Part shown: piece after piece, positions 48,615 to 57,590 of the stretch
Position numbering within the stretch: position 1 is the first letter of the stretch
Layout: each line of letters opens with the position of its first letter
NCBI GenBank assembly: GCA_018701215.1
Contig: JABIWH010000060.1
Span: forward strand, 41,715-105,714
From: Rhodospirillaceae bacterium
GTDB lineage: Bacteria > Pseudomonadota > Alphaproteobacteria > GCA-2731375
Reading direction: 5' to 3'
DNA length: 64,000 nucleotides
Position numbers and translations under genes: made by a program
The notes under the pieces: model-generated
The model's input: only the letters and a program-made list of their open reading frames with translations
Database searches by the model: none
What the model was told of the DNA's origin: nothing

Positions 48615-50172
48615 ACCCGCAGCCCGCACCGCATCCGCATTGCTGGAAGAACTGGCGGCGCGGCAGCCGGAGCACGAATGCGTCGTCGATGGCGCGCGGC
48701 GTTGGAGCTACGCCCAGCTATTGCAGGAATCGCAAACCATCGCCAATGGCCTGTGGGCCCTAGGTGTGCGGCCCGGCGACCGGGTGGCGATCCTGATGGG
48801 CAACCGGGCCGAATGGCTGTCCAGCTATTTCGCCATTCTGGGTCTGGGCGCCACGGCGGTGGCGCTGAACACCTGGCTGACCCCGCCGGAGCAGGCCTAT
48901 CAATTGAACCATGCGGACGTCAGCACGCTGATCCTGGCGGATCGCTTCAGGCACCGCGACGTCCTGGCGGAGTTGGACGAAATGCGCGCCATAGGTCTAT
49001 CGGCGCTGTCCCGCGTGGTGGTTCTGGGCGACCGCGTGCCCGGCGGCGCCACGGCTTTCGAGGATCTGGCCACCATGGGGGAAACCGCGCCACTCGGCGG
49101 TATCTGGGGCGCGGCGCAGCCCGACGACGTGGCCTGCATCCTCTACACCTCCGGCTCCACGGCCAGGCCCAAGGGGGTGCCGTTACAGCATTGGGGCCTG
49201 ATCGATAATATGTGGCAGATCGGCGAGCGCATGCACCTGCGCCCGGACGACCGATTATGGTTCGCCGTTTCGTTGTTCTGGTCCTTTGGCTGCGTCAACG
49301 CTCTGTTCGCCATGTTGAGCCATGGCGGCACAATGGTCCTGCAACATCACTTCGATGCCGGCGAGGCGTTACGGTTGATCGAGGCGGAACGTTGCAGCGT
49401 TTTCTACGGCACGCCCAACATCGCCCTGGCCCTGGCCGAACACCCCGACCGGGCCAAGCATGATCTATCCAGCCTGCGCACGGGTGCCGCCATCGGCACA
49501 CCGGAACAGATGCAGATGATCGTTGATCTGGGTGCGCGGGATATTTGCAACGTCTATGGCCTGACCGAAGCCTACGGCAACTCGGCGGTGACTGATGCGA
49601 GCGCGCCCGTGCAACGCCGTCTGCTGGCCAGCGGTGCCCCCCTGGACGGCGTGGAACTGGTGATCCTGGATCTTGAGAGCGGCGCGCAACTGCCCCCCGG
49701 CGCGGTGGGGGAGATCGCCCTGCGCGGCCACGTTATGCCGGGCTATCTAAACGACCCCGAGACCACCGCCGCCGCCATGACCAAGGACGGCTTTTTCCTG
49801 ACTGGCGACCTGGGCCTGTTGGATGATGCGGGCTGGGTGCAATTCCAGGGCCGGCGCAAGGAGTTGATCAAAAGCGGCGGCATCAATATCGCCCCGGCGG
49901 AGGTCGAAGTGGCGCTGCGGTCGCATGACGCCATCGCATCCGTCTTCGTCACCGGCCTGGATGATGCCCGCCTGGATCAGGCCATCGGCGCCGTCATCGT
50001 GTTGCACCCAGGCGCATCGGCCAGCGAGGATGATTTGCGTCATCATTGCCGAAAGTCCCTCGCAGCCTATAAGGTACCGCAGCATTTTGTCTTTGTTGCT
50101 GCCAACCAACTGCCTGTGACCTCGACCGAGAAACTGCAGCGCAACCGCTTGTACGAGTTATTCCCCACATAA
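48607..50172 (+). CDS. Acyl-CoA synthetase (AMP-binding)
   Basis: YTSGSTARPKG, YGLTE, TGDLG motifs; GTG start overlapping the upstream stop. Confidence 0.9.
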   Translation: MDKPAARTASALLEELAARQPEHECVVDGARRWSYAQLLQESQTIANGLWALGVRPGDRVAILMGNRAEWLSSYFAILGLGATAVALNTWLTPPEQAYQLNHADVSTLILADRFRHRDVLAELDEMRAIGLSALSRVVVLGDRVPGGATAFEDLATMGETAPLGGIWGAAQPDDVACILYTSGSTARPKGVPLQHWGLIDNMWQIGERMHLRPDDRLWFAVSLFWSFGCVNALFAMLSHGGTMVLQHHFDAGEALRLIEAERCSVFYGTPNIALALAEHPDRAKHDLSSLRTGAAIGTPEQMQMIVDLGARDICNVYGLTEAYGNSAVTDASAPVQRRLLASGAPLDGVELVILDLESGAQLPPGAVGEIALRGHVMPGYLNDPETTAAAMTKDGFFLTGDLGLLDDAGWVQFQGRRKELIKSGGINIAPAEVEVALRSHDAIASVFVTGLDDARLDQAIGAVIVLHPGASASEDDLRHHCRKSLAAYKVPQHFVFVAANQLPVTSTEKLQRNRLYELFPT

Positions 50173-50191
50173 AGAATATTGGGAGAGAGCC

Positions 50192-51016
50192 TTGCCTGAT
50201 GACGGAATAGACCAGGATGCGTTTCGCAAATTCGAACACGACGGCTGGAACAGTTTGTCTGACGGATACCATGATCATTGGGAACATTTGACGCCTCAGA
50301 TCATTCCCTTGATGCTGGAACGCACCGGCGTCGGTGTAGGCAGCTTGGTTCTAGATATCGCCTCCGGCCCCGGCTATGCCGCCGGTGCGGCGGCGGCCAT
50401 GGGCGCCAGGGCGATCGGCATCGACTTGGCGGAAAACATGCGCGATCTGGCGGCAGCGAACTTTCCCGATGCCGCGTTTCAGCTGGGTGATGCCGAAGAT
50501 TTACCGTTTGCCGGAGACAGCTTCGATGTGGTCACGATGAATTTCGGCGTGCTGCATTTTCCCGATGCCGAAAAGGCACTGGCTGAAACATTCCGGGTCC
50601 TGAAACCCGGCGGCCGTCTGGGTTTTACCGCCTGGGAAGGCCCGGAAGGTTCCGCCCTTGGCATGGCGACGGCTGCGATCGTGCAAGAGGGCACGGTCAA
50701 GGTAGACCTGCCCCAGGGCACGCCGATTTTTCGTTTTGCCGAACATGCCGAATGCGCACGGGTACTCGGCGCCATCGGGTTCGAGGATATTGCCAGCACC
50801 AACACCATGTTGACCTGGCATCTGCCCCGAGCGGATGCCTTGATGGAGAGCTTCCGCCAGGCAACCGCCCGCATGAGCGCATTGTTAGGCGCCCAGGACC
50901 CGGCCAAACTGCCCGCCATTAAGGCGGCCATGACCGAGGCCTGCAAACCCTTCGACAACGGCACGACCACGGATCTGCCCATGCCCGCCGTGCTGACGGT
51001 CGGTAGGAAGCCTTAG
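50192..51016 (+). CDS. Class I SAM-dependent methyltransferase
   Basis: VLDIASGPG, GDAEDLPF...SFD, RVLKPGG motifs. Confidence 0.9.
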   Translation: MPDDGIDQDAFRKFEHDGWNSLSDGYHDHWEHLTPQIIPLMLERTGVGVGSLVLDIASGPGYAAGAAAAMGARAIGIDLAENMRDLAAANFPDAAFQLGDAEDLPFAGDSFDVVTMNFGVLHFPDAEKALAETFRVLKPGGRLGFTAWEGPEGSALGMATAAIVQEGTVKVDLPQGTPIFRFAEHAECARVLGAIGFEDIASTNTMLTWHLPRADALMESFRQATARMSALLGAQDPAKLPAIKAAMTEACKPFDNGTTTDLPMPAVLTVGRKP

Positions 51017-51028
51017 CGGCGCGGCATC

Positions 51029-51781
51029 CTAATAGTTCGCCGGGCGCTTCTCCTGGAAGGCCGCGACGCCTTCCGCGAAATCGGGGCTGGCGCGGACCCG
51101 GTCGCCCAGGGTCTGTTCCAGTTCTTCGCGGGTTTGATTGAGCGCATCATCGGTAGCGCTGATCTGCTCCTTCACCGCCTGCACCGCCACGGGGCTGTTG
51201 GCGGCGATGGTCTCTGCCATTTGGATCGCCCAGGGCATCAACTCGGCGCGGGGCAGCACACGGTTGATCAGATTGATACGGGCGGCTTCTTCCGCATTTA
51301 TCAGCTGACCACCCAGGATCAGCTCCATGGCATGCACGTGACCGATCTGCTGGCGCAGGCGCAGGGCGGCGCCGCCGAAGGGATAGACGCCCCATTTTAC
51401 TTCCGGCAGGCCAAACCGTGCCTCGGGCGCGGCGGCGCGAATATCCGTTGAAAGCAGCAATTCAACGCCGCCGCCGGCGCAATCGCCGTTGACGGCGGCG
51501 ATGATCGGCTTGCGGTAGGCGCCATATTTCAACAGGCCCCGATAAATTGTCTGCGACAGTTCCGGGCTGGCGGACAGATCGCCCGACAAATCGGCACCAG
51601 CGCAAAAAGACTGCTCGCCCGCTCCAGTCAGGATCAGGCAACGGTAGGGCGCATCCTGCAATTTCAGCCACAAATCGCCCAGGTCCGCCAGGTCCTGGCG
51701 GCTCAAGGCATTGCGCTTGGCCTGATTGTCCATGGTGATGACCGCGATATGTGGGCCGTGTTCCGTAACCGTCAATGTCAT
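51029..51781 (-). CDS. Enoyl-CoA hydratase/isomerase
   Basis: FCAGADL, KPIIAAVNG...GGG.E, FGLPE motifs. Confidence 0.92.
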   Translation of the reverse strand: MTLTVTEHGPHIAVITMDNQAKRNALSRQDLADLGDLWLKLQDAPYRCLILTGAGEQSFCAGADLSGDLSASPELSQTIYRGLLKYGAYRKPIIAAVNGDCAGGGVELLLSTDIRAAAPEARFGLPEVKWGVYPFGGAALRLRQQIGHVHAMELILGGQLINAEEAARINLINRVLPRAELMPWAIQMAETIAANSPVAVQAVKEQISATDDALNQTREELEQTLGDRVRASPDFAEGVAAFQEKRPANY

Positions 51782-52773
51782 TGCTGCTGCCCTTCTTCCG
51801 CTGCCACATCAACAACGACCTTGCCCATGGCGCGGCGCTCGGTCAGCAGGCGCAAGGCCTCGACACCCTGCTCCAGAGGCAGCCGATGGGTGATGATGGG
51901 ACGCAAATGGCTCTGTTTATAGAACGCGCCCAGCTCCGCCATGGAGCGCACCACCAAGTCGGGTTTGTGCCAGCGGAAATAGCGGTAGGACGAGCCCAAG
52001 GCGGCGCGGTGCTTAACCAACAGACGGTTGGCGGGAACCTTGGGCACGCCGCCGACAAAACCGAAATGTACAAAGCGTCCGCCCCAGCCCAGGGACGATA
52101 GCGCGCTGTCGAACAGTGCGCCGCCCACGGGGTCGAAGCAGACATCTGCGCCCTTGCCATCGGTGATTTCCATGACCCGGTCTTTCAGGCTCTCGCTGCT
52201 ATAGTTCACCACCTCGTCGGCGCCGTGTTCGCGCACCGCAGCCAGGCGTTCATCGCTGCTGGCCCCTGCGATCACCCTCGCACCCATGGCCTTGCCGATC
52301 TCCACCGCCGCCAGGCCGGAGCCGCCGGCGGCCCCCAGCACCAGCATGGTTTCGCCAGCCTCCAGCCGGCCCTGCCAGCGGATCGCCAGGTGGGCCGTCA
52401 GATAGGCGATGGTAAAGGCGGCGCCATCGGCGAAGCTCATGCCGTCGAACAGATGCCAGCACTCGGCCTCGACCGCGATGGCCTGATCGGCAAAGCCGCC
52501 GTGCGCCAATGTGGCCATGACATTGTCGCCCGGTTTGAAGCCCGCGACGCCCTGGCCCACTGCCGCGACCCGGCCGGCGCCTTCAAGGCCCGGCGCGAAC
52601 GGGAATTCCGGTTTGGTCTGATAGTTGCCGGCGACCATGATGGTATCGGCGAAGTTCGCGGACGAGGCCACGATGTCGATCAGGATTTCACCTTTTCCCG
52701 GTACCGGTGCCGGCATCTCGCCCATCTCCAGCGTATCCACGCCGCCCCAGGCCCGGCAAATTAGTGCCCGCAT
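51778..52773 (-). CDS. NADPH:quinone oxidoreductase (MDR family)
   Basis: NFAD, PF.PGLE, LVLGAAGGSG, DPVGG motifs. Confidence 0.9.
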   Translation of the reverse strand: MRALICRAWGGVDTLEMGEMPAPVPGKGEILIDIVASSANFADTIMVAGNYQTKPEFPFAPGLEGAGRVAAVGQGVAGFKPGDNVMATLAHGGFADQAIAVEAECWHLFDGMSFADGAAFTIAYLTAHLAIRWQGRLEAGETMLVLGAAGGSGLAAVEIGKAMGARVIAGASSDERLAAVREHGADEVVNYSSESLKDRVMEITDGKGADVCFDPVGGALFDSALSSLGWGGRFVHFGFVGGVPKVPANRLLVKHRAALGSSYRYFRWHKPDLVVRSMAELGAFYKQSHLRPIITHRLPLEQGVEALRLLTERRAMGKVVVDVAAEEGQQQ

Positions 52774-52885
52774 TATTGTCTCTCCTAAACATGACTACCT
52801 GTCCCCATGATGCCCGAGCTGCCGTGAGATGCAAATGGCGTCGTGCGGGTCCTTGGGCTACAAAGGTCCGACGTGAATTTCCAAC

Positions 52886-53698
52886 ATGAAAGACCAAACC
52901 TCCATGCAATTGAAAACCGACAAGATGATTGCCCGCAAGGAAGACGGTGTGGGCTGGCTGATCTTCAATAACCCGGCGCGGCGCAACGCCGTCTCCATGG
53001 CCATGTGGGAGGCCGTGGGCGAGGCGATGACGGACTTTGAAGCCGACGACACCATTCGCGTCGTGGTCATGGCCGGCGAGGGCGATAGAGCCTTTGTCTC
53101 GGGCGCGGATATTTCCGAATTCGCCGAGAACCGCAACTCCGCCGCCGCTGAGGAACGCTACAATGCCGCCTCGGCACAGGCGCATCGCGGCATGACCTCT
53201 TTAAGCAAGCCCCTGATCGCGATGATCCAGGGTTATTGCATTGGCGGCGGCGTGGCTGTTGCCCTGGCCGCCGATATCCGCATAGCAGCCGATGACACGC
53301 AATATGCCGTACCCGCCGCCCGGTTGGGTCTTGGCTATGGCTATAGCGGCCTGAACACCCTGGTCTCGCTGGTCGGTCCGGCCATGGCCAAGGAGATCTT
53401 CTTCACGGCCCGGCGTTTCAGCGCTGAGGAAGCCTTGGCCATGGGCCTGGTCAACCGCGTGGTGCCCGTCGATCAGCTGGAAAAGGTGGTGGCCGAATAC
53501 ACCACCATGATCAAGGAGAACGCGCCCCTGACCATCCGCGCCGCCAAGGCCACGGTCAAGGAGGTCCTGAAAGACCCGGAAAAGCGCGACCTGGTGGCAT
53601 TGGATGCGCTGATCAAAAGCTGTTTCGACAGCGAGGATTTCACCGAGGGCCGCACCGCCTTCATGGAAAAACGCAAGCCCAACTTCAAGGGCAAGTAA
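52886..53698 (+). CDS. Enoyl-CoA hydratase/isomerase
   Basis: FVSGADI, GYCIGGG, PAARLGLGY motifs; start could be 52904. Confidence 0.9.
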   Translation: MKDQTSMQLKTDKMIARKEDGVGWLIFNNPARRNAVSMAMWEAVGEAMTDFEADDTIRVVVMAGEGDRAFVSGADISEFAENRNSAAAEERYNAASAQAHRGMTSLSKPLIAMIQGYCIGGGVAVALAADIRIAADDTQYAVPAARLGLGYGYSGLNTLVSLVGPAMAKEIFFTARRFSAEEALAMGLVNRVVPVDQLEKVVAEYTTMIKENAPLTIRAAKATVKEVLKDPEKRDLVALDALIKSCFDSEDFTEGRTAFMEKRKPNFKGK

Positions 53699-53726
53699 TT
53701 ACTGAGTTTAAGGAGGAGTAAGTATC

Positions 53727-54545
53727 ATGGGTACATTGGACGGACGGGTGGCGATTGTCACCGGCTCGGGCCGGGGCATCGGCCGCGAGGTCGCATTGCA
53801 GCTGGCCGAGCTGGGCGCCAAGGTCGTGGTCAATGATCTGGATGCCGGACCGGCGGATGAAGTGGTGGCCGAGATCAAGGCCGCTGGCGGCGAGGCCGTG
53901 GCCTGCGCAGGCTCGGTGACCGAGGCTGGTTTTGCCCAGCGCTTTGTCGGCACCGCCATCGATACCTACGGTGATCTGCATATCATCATCAACAACGCCG
54001 GCTATACCTGGGACGCGGTGATCCAGAAGATGACCGAGGAGCAGTTCGACGCCATGATCGATGTGCATCTAAAGGCGCCATGGCGAATTCTGAAGGAGGC
54101 GGCGGAATTTATCCGCGTCAAATCCAAGGGCGAGGCCCAGGAAGGCAACCTGATCGTGCGCAAGGTGGTCAATATCTCGTCCATATCCGGCACCCGGGGC
54201 AATGCGGGACAGACCAACTATTCCTCCGCCAAGGCCGCCGTGGTGGGCCTCTCGAAAACCCTGGCCAAGGAATGGGGCCGCTACAACGTCGCCGTCAATT
54301 CCGTCGCCTTCGGCTTTGTCGAAACCCGACTGACGGAGGCCACGGACCAGAAAAAAATCATCGAGATCGAGGGTAAGGAAATTCCCGTCGGTGTCCCGGT
54401 ACAAAACGTCGCCGCCGCGATGACGATGATCCCCATGGGCCGGGCCGGCACGCCTCGGGAGGCCGCCGGCGCCGTGGTCGCCCTGTGCCTGCCGCAATCG
54501 GATTATATCTCCGGCCAGCTGATCGAAGTCACCGGTGGACTTTAG
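53727..54545 (+). CDS. SDR oxidoreductase (FabG/3-hydroxyacyl-CoA dehydrogenase-like)
   Basis: TGSGRGIG, NNAG, YSSAK motifs; AGGAGG RBS. Confidence 0.93.
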   Translation: MGTLDGRVAIVTGSGRGIGREVALQLAELGAKVVVNDLDAGPADEVVAEIKAAGGEAVACAGSVTEAGFAQRFVGTAIDTYGDLHIIINNAGYTWDAVIQKMTEEQFDAMIDVHLKAPWRILKEAAEFIRVKSKGEAQEGNLIVRKVVNISSISGTRGNAGQTNYSSAKAAVVGLSKTLAKEWGRYNVAVNSVAFGFVETRLTEATDQKKIIEIEGKEIPVGVPVQNVAAAMTMIPMGRAGTPREAAGAVVALCLPQSDYISGQLIEVTGGL

Positions 54546-54559
54546 AGAGGATAATCACG

Positions 54560-55342
54560 ATGAGCGATCTTCTGATCGAAAAGAACGATGGTCTGTTGTC
54601 CTTGACCCTGAACCGGCCCGAACAGATGAATGCCATGTCCGGCGAGATGGTGGGCCAGGCCACGGCGGCGGTGATGGATGTGGTGGAGAACAAATCCGCC
54701 CGCGCCATCCTGTTGACCGGGGCCGGGCGCGGCTTTTGTGCCGGCGCCGATCTGTCGGGCGGTGGCCTGACCGATGCGCGCGAGACCATTGAGGGGCGCA
54801 TGATGGCGGGCATCAACCGTTTGATCCTGGCCATCCGCGAAGTGCCGGTGCCGGTGGTGGTGGCCCTGAATGGTGCTGCGGCGGGGGCCGGTTGCGGCCT
54901 GGCGCTCGCCGGCGACATGATCATCGCGGGGCAGTCAGGCAAGTTGCTGACCGCCTTTGCCCGCATCGGCGCGGTGTTGGATGGCGGCATGTCCTGGTCC
55001 CTGACTAACAAGCTGGGCCCGGCCCGGGCCATGGGCATGGCCATGCTGGCGGATCAACCGATCGATGCCCAGACAGCCAAGGACTGGGGCCTGGTCTGGG
55101 ACGTGGTCGAAGACCAGGCGCTAATGGACGAGGCCACGAAACTGGCCCGGCGTTTCGCCACGGGTCCCACCGTGGCCCTGGGCCTGATCAAACGGCAAAT
55201 CGCCCTGGCCCAAACGGGCTCCATGGCCGATGCGCTTCGTTTTGAAGCCGCCTGTCAGGGCCAAGCCTTCAAAACCGATGATTTCCCCGAGGGCGTGAAA
55301 GCCTTTCAGGAAAAACGCAAGGCCAACTTCGTGGGGCGTTAA
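54560..55342 (+). CDS. Enoyl-CoA hydratase/isomerase (PaaG-like)
   Basis: FCAGADL, AAGAG..LALA.D, AF.RIG..LDGG motifs; start placed at MSDLL. Confidence 0.88.
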   Translation: MSDLLIEKNDGLLSLTLNRPEQMNAMSGEMVGQATAAVMDVVENKSARAILLTGAGRGFCAGADLSGGGLTDARETIEGRMMAGINRLILAIREVPVPVVVALNGAAAGAGCGLALAGDMIIAGQSGKLLTAFARIGAVLDGGMSWSLTNKLGPARAMGMAMLADQPIDAQTAKDWGLVWDVVEDQALMDEATKLARRFATGPTVALGLIKRQIALAQTGSMADALRFEAACQGQAFKTDDFPEGVKAFQEKRKANFVGR

Positions 55343-55773
55343 ATCGAGCGCAATAGAAGTTCGTCGTCGATTTCCTTCGGGGCGAATTTCAGCAGGGACT
55401 TTAGTGTTATCGACTGCATGGTGGCGCGGGTCAGGTCGTCTATTTCGGCGCGGACGTTGTCCAGGGCCTGGCTGATCGGGGTGCCGATGGCGGCTTCGTC
55501 ATCTTCCACGCCCTGGGCGTCTGGTTCGAACAGCTCCATGACGTCCCACAGGGTTACCCGCCTGACATTGCCGCTGAAACGATAGCCGCCGCCGACGCCG
55601 CGCACGGATTGGATCAGCCCGGCGCGGACCAGACGGCGCATGACCTTGGCCAGATGATGAGCCGAGATGCCATAGCGGGCGGCGATGTCGGCGGTGGACA
55701 GCTGGCGCTCTGGATCGGCGGCCAGCTCCAACACCGCATAAAGGGCAAACTGAGTTGATTTTTGCAGGCGCAT
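55339..55773 (-). CDS. badM: Rrf2-family regulator, BadM-like (no Fe-S cysteines)
   Basis: HLAKV...L..AGLI.SVRG.GGGY; no Cys in the protein; bcr context. Confidence 0.75.
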   Translation of the reverse strand: MRLQKSTQFALYAVLELAADPERQLSTADIAARYGISAHHLAKVMRRLVRAGLIQSVRGVGGGYRFSGNVRRVTLWDVMELFEPDAQGVEDDEAAIGTPISQALDNVRAEIDDLTRATMQSITLKSLLKFAPKEIDDELLLRSI

Positions 55774-55777
55774 CTTT

Positions 55778-56248
55778 TCAGCCCTGTCCCAAGCTTTTTT
55801 CCAACTCCATATACGGTCCCGCCGTCATGCCCTGGCTGCGGAAAAAGGACAGGTTCAAGCCGTCGTTGCGGGAGACCATGGTGCGCACCGTGCCGACGCC
55901 GTCCTTGCGAAAACGCTGGCAGATCGCCTCCAGCAGGCCGCTGCCGACGCCCCCCTCCCGGCAATCGGGGCTGACATTGACTGCGAAAACCCAGCCGCAG
56001 GGCGGTGAGCCGAATTCCCAGGTGCGGATCTCGCCGACGATGAAGCCAACCATTTCGCCGGCTACGTCCGAAATCAGAAAATTGCGCCCGAAATGCTGCT
56101 CCATCACATAGGCCTGAAACATCTCCCGCCAATAATCCGGCTTGGCCAGGCCCGTATGGATTTCATCCAGCCTGATGACCGCTTCCAGATCAGTGGCGAC
56201 GGCATCGCGGATATTTTTGGCCGGCTCGCTCATGGTTGAACCGCTCAT
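55778..56248 (-). CDS. badL: GNAT acetyltransferase, BadL-like
   Basis: GEIR.WEFGSPPCGWVFA, R..GVG, FFRSQG motifs; adjacent to the Rrf2 gene, near bcr. Confidence 0.75.
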   Translation of the reverse strand: MSGSTMSEPAKNIRDAVATDLEAVIRLDEIHTGLAKPDYWREMFQAYVMEQHFGRNFLISDVAGEMVGFIVGEIRTWEFGSPPCGWVFAVNVSPDCREGGVGSGLLEAICQRFRKDGVGTVRTMVSRNDGLNLSFFRSQGMTAGPYMELEKSLGQG

Positions 56249-56760
56249 GGCTGTACTGGTGGATCGTCATCGGTGTCCCAGTCGTGCTCCGGTTCCGGGT
56301 AGCGCTGTAACCATTCCCGAACCAGGGCGACATGCTCGGCTTCCTCCAACACGAACTCCTCGGCCAGGTTGCGCAGGTCGTCCGTGGGCGCCTGGTTGAC
56401 GACATCCGTATAGAACGCCAGGGCGCGTTCCTCCGCCGCCAGGGCCAGGGTCAAGGCCTGATGGGGTTGGATCAGATAGTGCATTTCACCAAACGGGATC
56501 GCCTCCGGGCTTTCCAGATTGCCCCAGGCGTAATCCGCCGCCGCCATGGGCGTTCTCGCTGCACCGTGCTCCAGGCTCAACTCAGCCGCATGTTTGGCTT
56601 CAATCTCCGCCAGCTTGGCGAACAGGTCGCCGACCTCGGTGTTGTTGCAGGCATACATTTGATCGGCCAGATCCTGGTAGCGCTCCGCTGCCTCGTTCTC
56701 GATGGCATAGGCGTGGGCCAGCAAGGTTTCGCGGTTGCCAGGTTTCTCGGCGGCATTCAT
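56245..56760 (-). CDS. Ferritin-like/rubrerythrin-family di-iron protein
   Basis: Two E...ExxH repeats (EAKH, EAEH); no rubredoxin CxxC domain. Confidence 0.85.
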   Translation of the reverse strand: MNAAEKPGNRETLLAHAYAIENEAAERYQDLADQMYACNNTEVGDLFAKLAEIEAKHAAELSLEHGAARTPMAAADYAWGNLESPEAIPFGEMHYLIQPHQALTLALAAEERALAFYTDVVNQAPTDDLRNLAEEFVLEEAEHVALVREWLQRYPEPEHDWDTDDDPPVQP

Positions 56761-57590
56761 GGCAGGAACTCCGCTTCAAAATCAACCTTGGCCGCATCAT
56801 CCGGCTTGAAGGCAGGTTGATAGGGCGCGCGGTTGCCACGGTACAATATGCCGGTGTTGAAGCCGTCATCGGTCAGAACCCGGCGCGCCGCGCGGGCCCG
56901 GTCCTCCGTTGCGTCGACCGAGGCCGGATGCACCTGCTTGGCCCATTCACGTTCCTCGGGCCGGAAGGTGACACAGGGGCTGAGGATCTCAATCAGGGAA
57001 AATCCCGGATGATTGATCGCCTCGACAATCGTTTGCGCCGTGCCCTTGGCATCGCCTGAAAATGTCCGGGCGACAAAATTCGCGCCCGCCGCCAGGGCAA
57101 TCACCAGGGGATGAAAGGGGCTAAGCCCGGTACCGCCTGGTACCAGGGCGCTGTCCCATTCTGGCGGCGTGGTGGGCGAAGGCTGGCCCTTGGTCATGCC
57201 ATAGACCTGATTATCCATGACGATATAGGTTAGATCCACGTTGCGCCGGCAGGCATGCATGAAGTGATTGCCGCCGATGGAGTAGCCGTCGCCATCGCCG
57301 CCCGCCGCGATCACCAGCAGATCGGGCCGGCTCAACTTCAACCCCGTGGCCAAAGGAAGCGCGCGGCCATGCACACCGTGAAAGCCATAACAGGAGGTAT
57401 AGGCCGGCACGCGGGAGGAACAGCCGATGCCGGAGATGACCGCGACCTCCTCGGGCGGGCGGCCCACATCGGCCATGGCCATGGTGATGGCCATCAGGAT
57501 CGAGAAATCGCCGCAGCCGGGGCACCAGACCGGTTTCAGATCGGATTTATAGTCCCGCGCCGTTAGCGCGCATGCGGTCTCGGCGTTCAT
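56757..57590 (-). CDS. korB: 2-oxoacid:ferredoxin oxidoreductase beta subunit
   Basis: WCPGCG, SGIGCSS, GDGD..SIG..H, YGMTKGQ.SPT, SPC motifs; start placed at MNAET. Confidence 0.9.
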   Translation of the reverse strand: MNAETACALTARDYKSDLKPVWCPGCGDFSILMAITMAMADVGRPPEEVAVISGIGCSSRVPAYTSCYGFHGVHGRALPLATGLKLSRPDLLVIAAGGDGDGYSIGGNHFMHACRRNVDLTYIVMDNQVYGMTKGQPSPTTPPEWDSALVPGGTGLSPFHPLVIALAAGANFVARTFSGDAKGTAQTIVEAINHPGFSLIEILSPCVTFRPEEREWAKQVHPASVDATEDRARAARRVLTDDGFNTGILYRGNRAPYQPAFKPDDAAKVDFEAEFLP

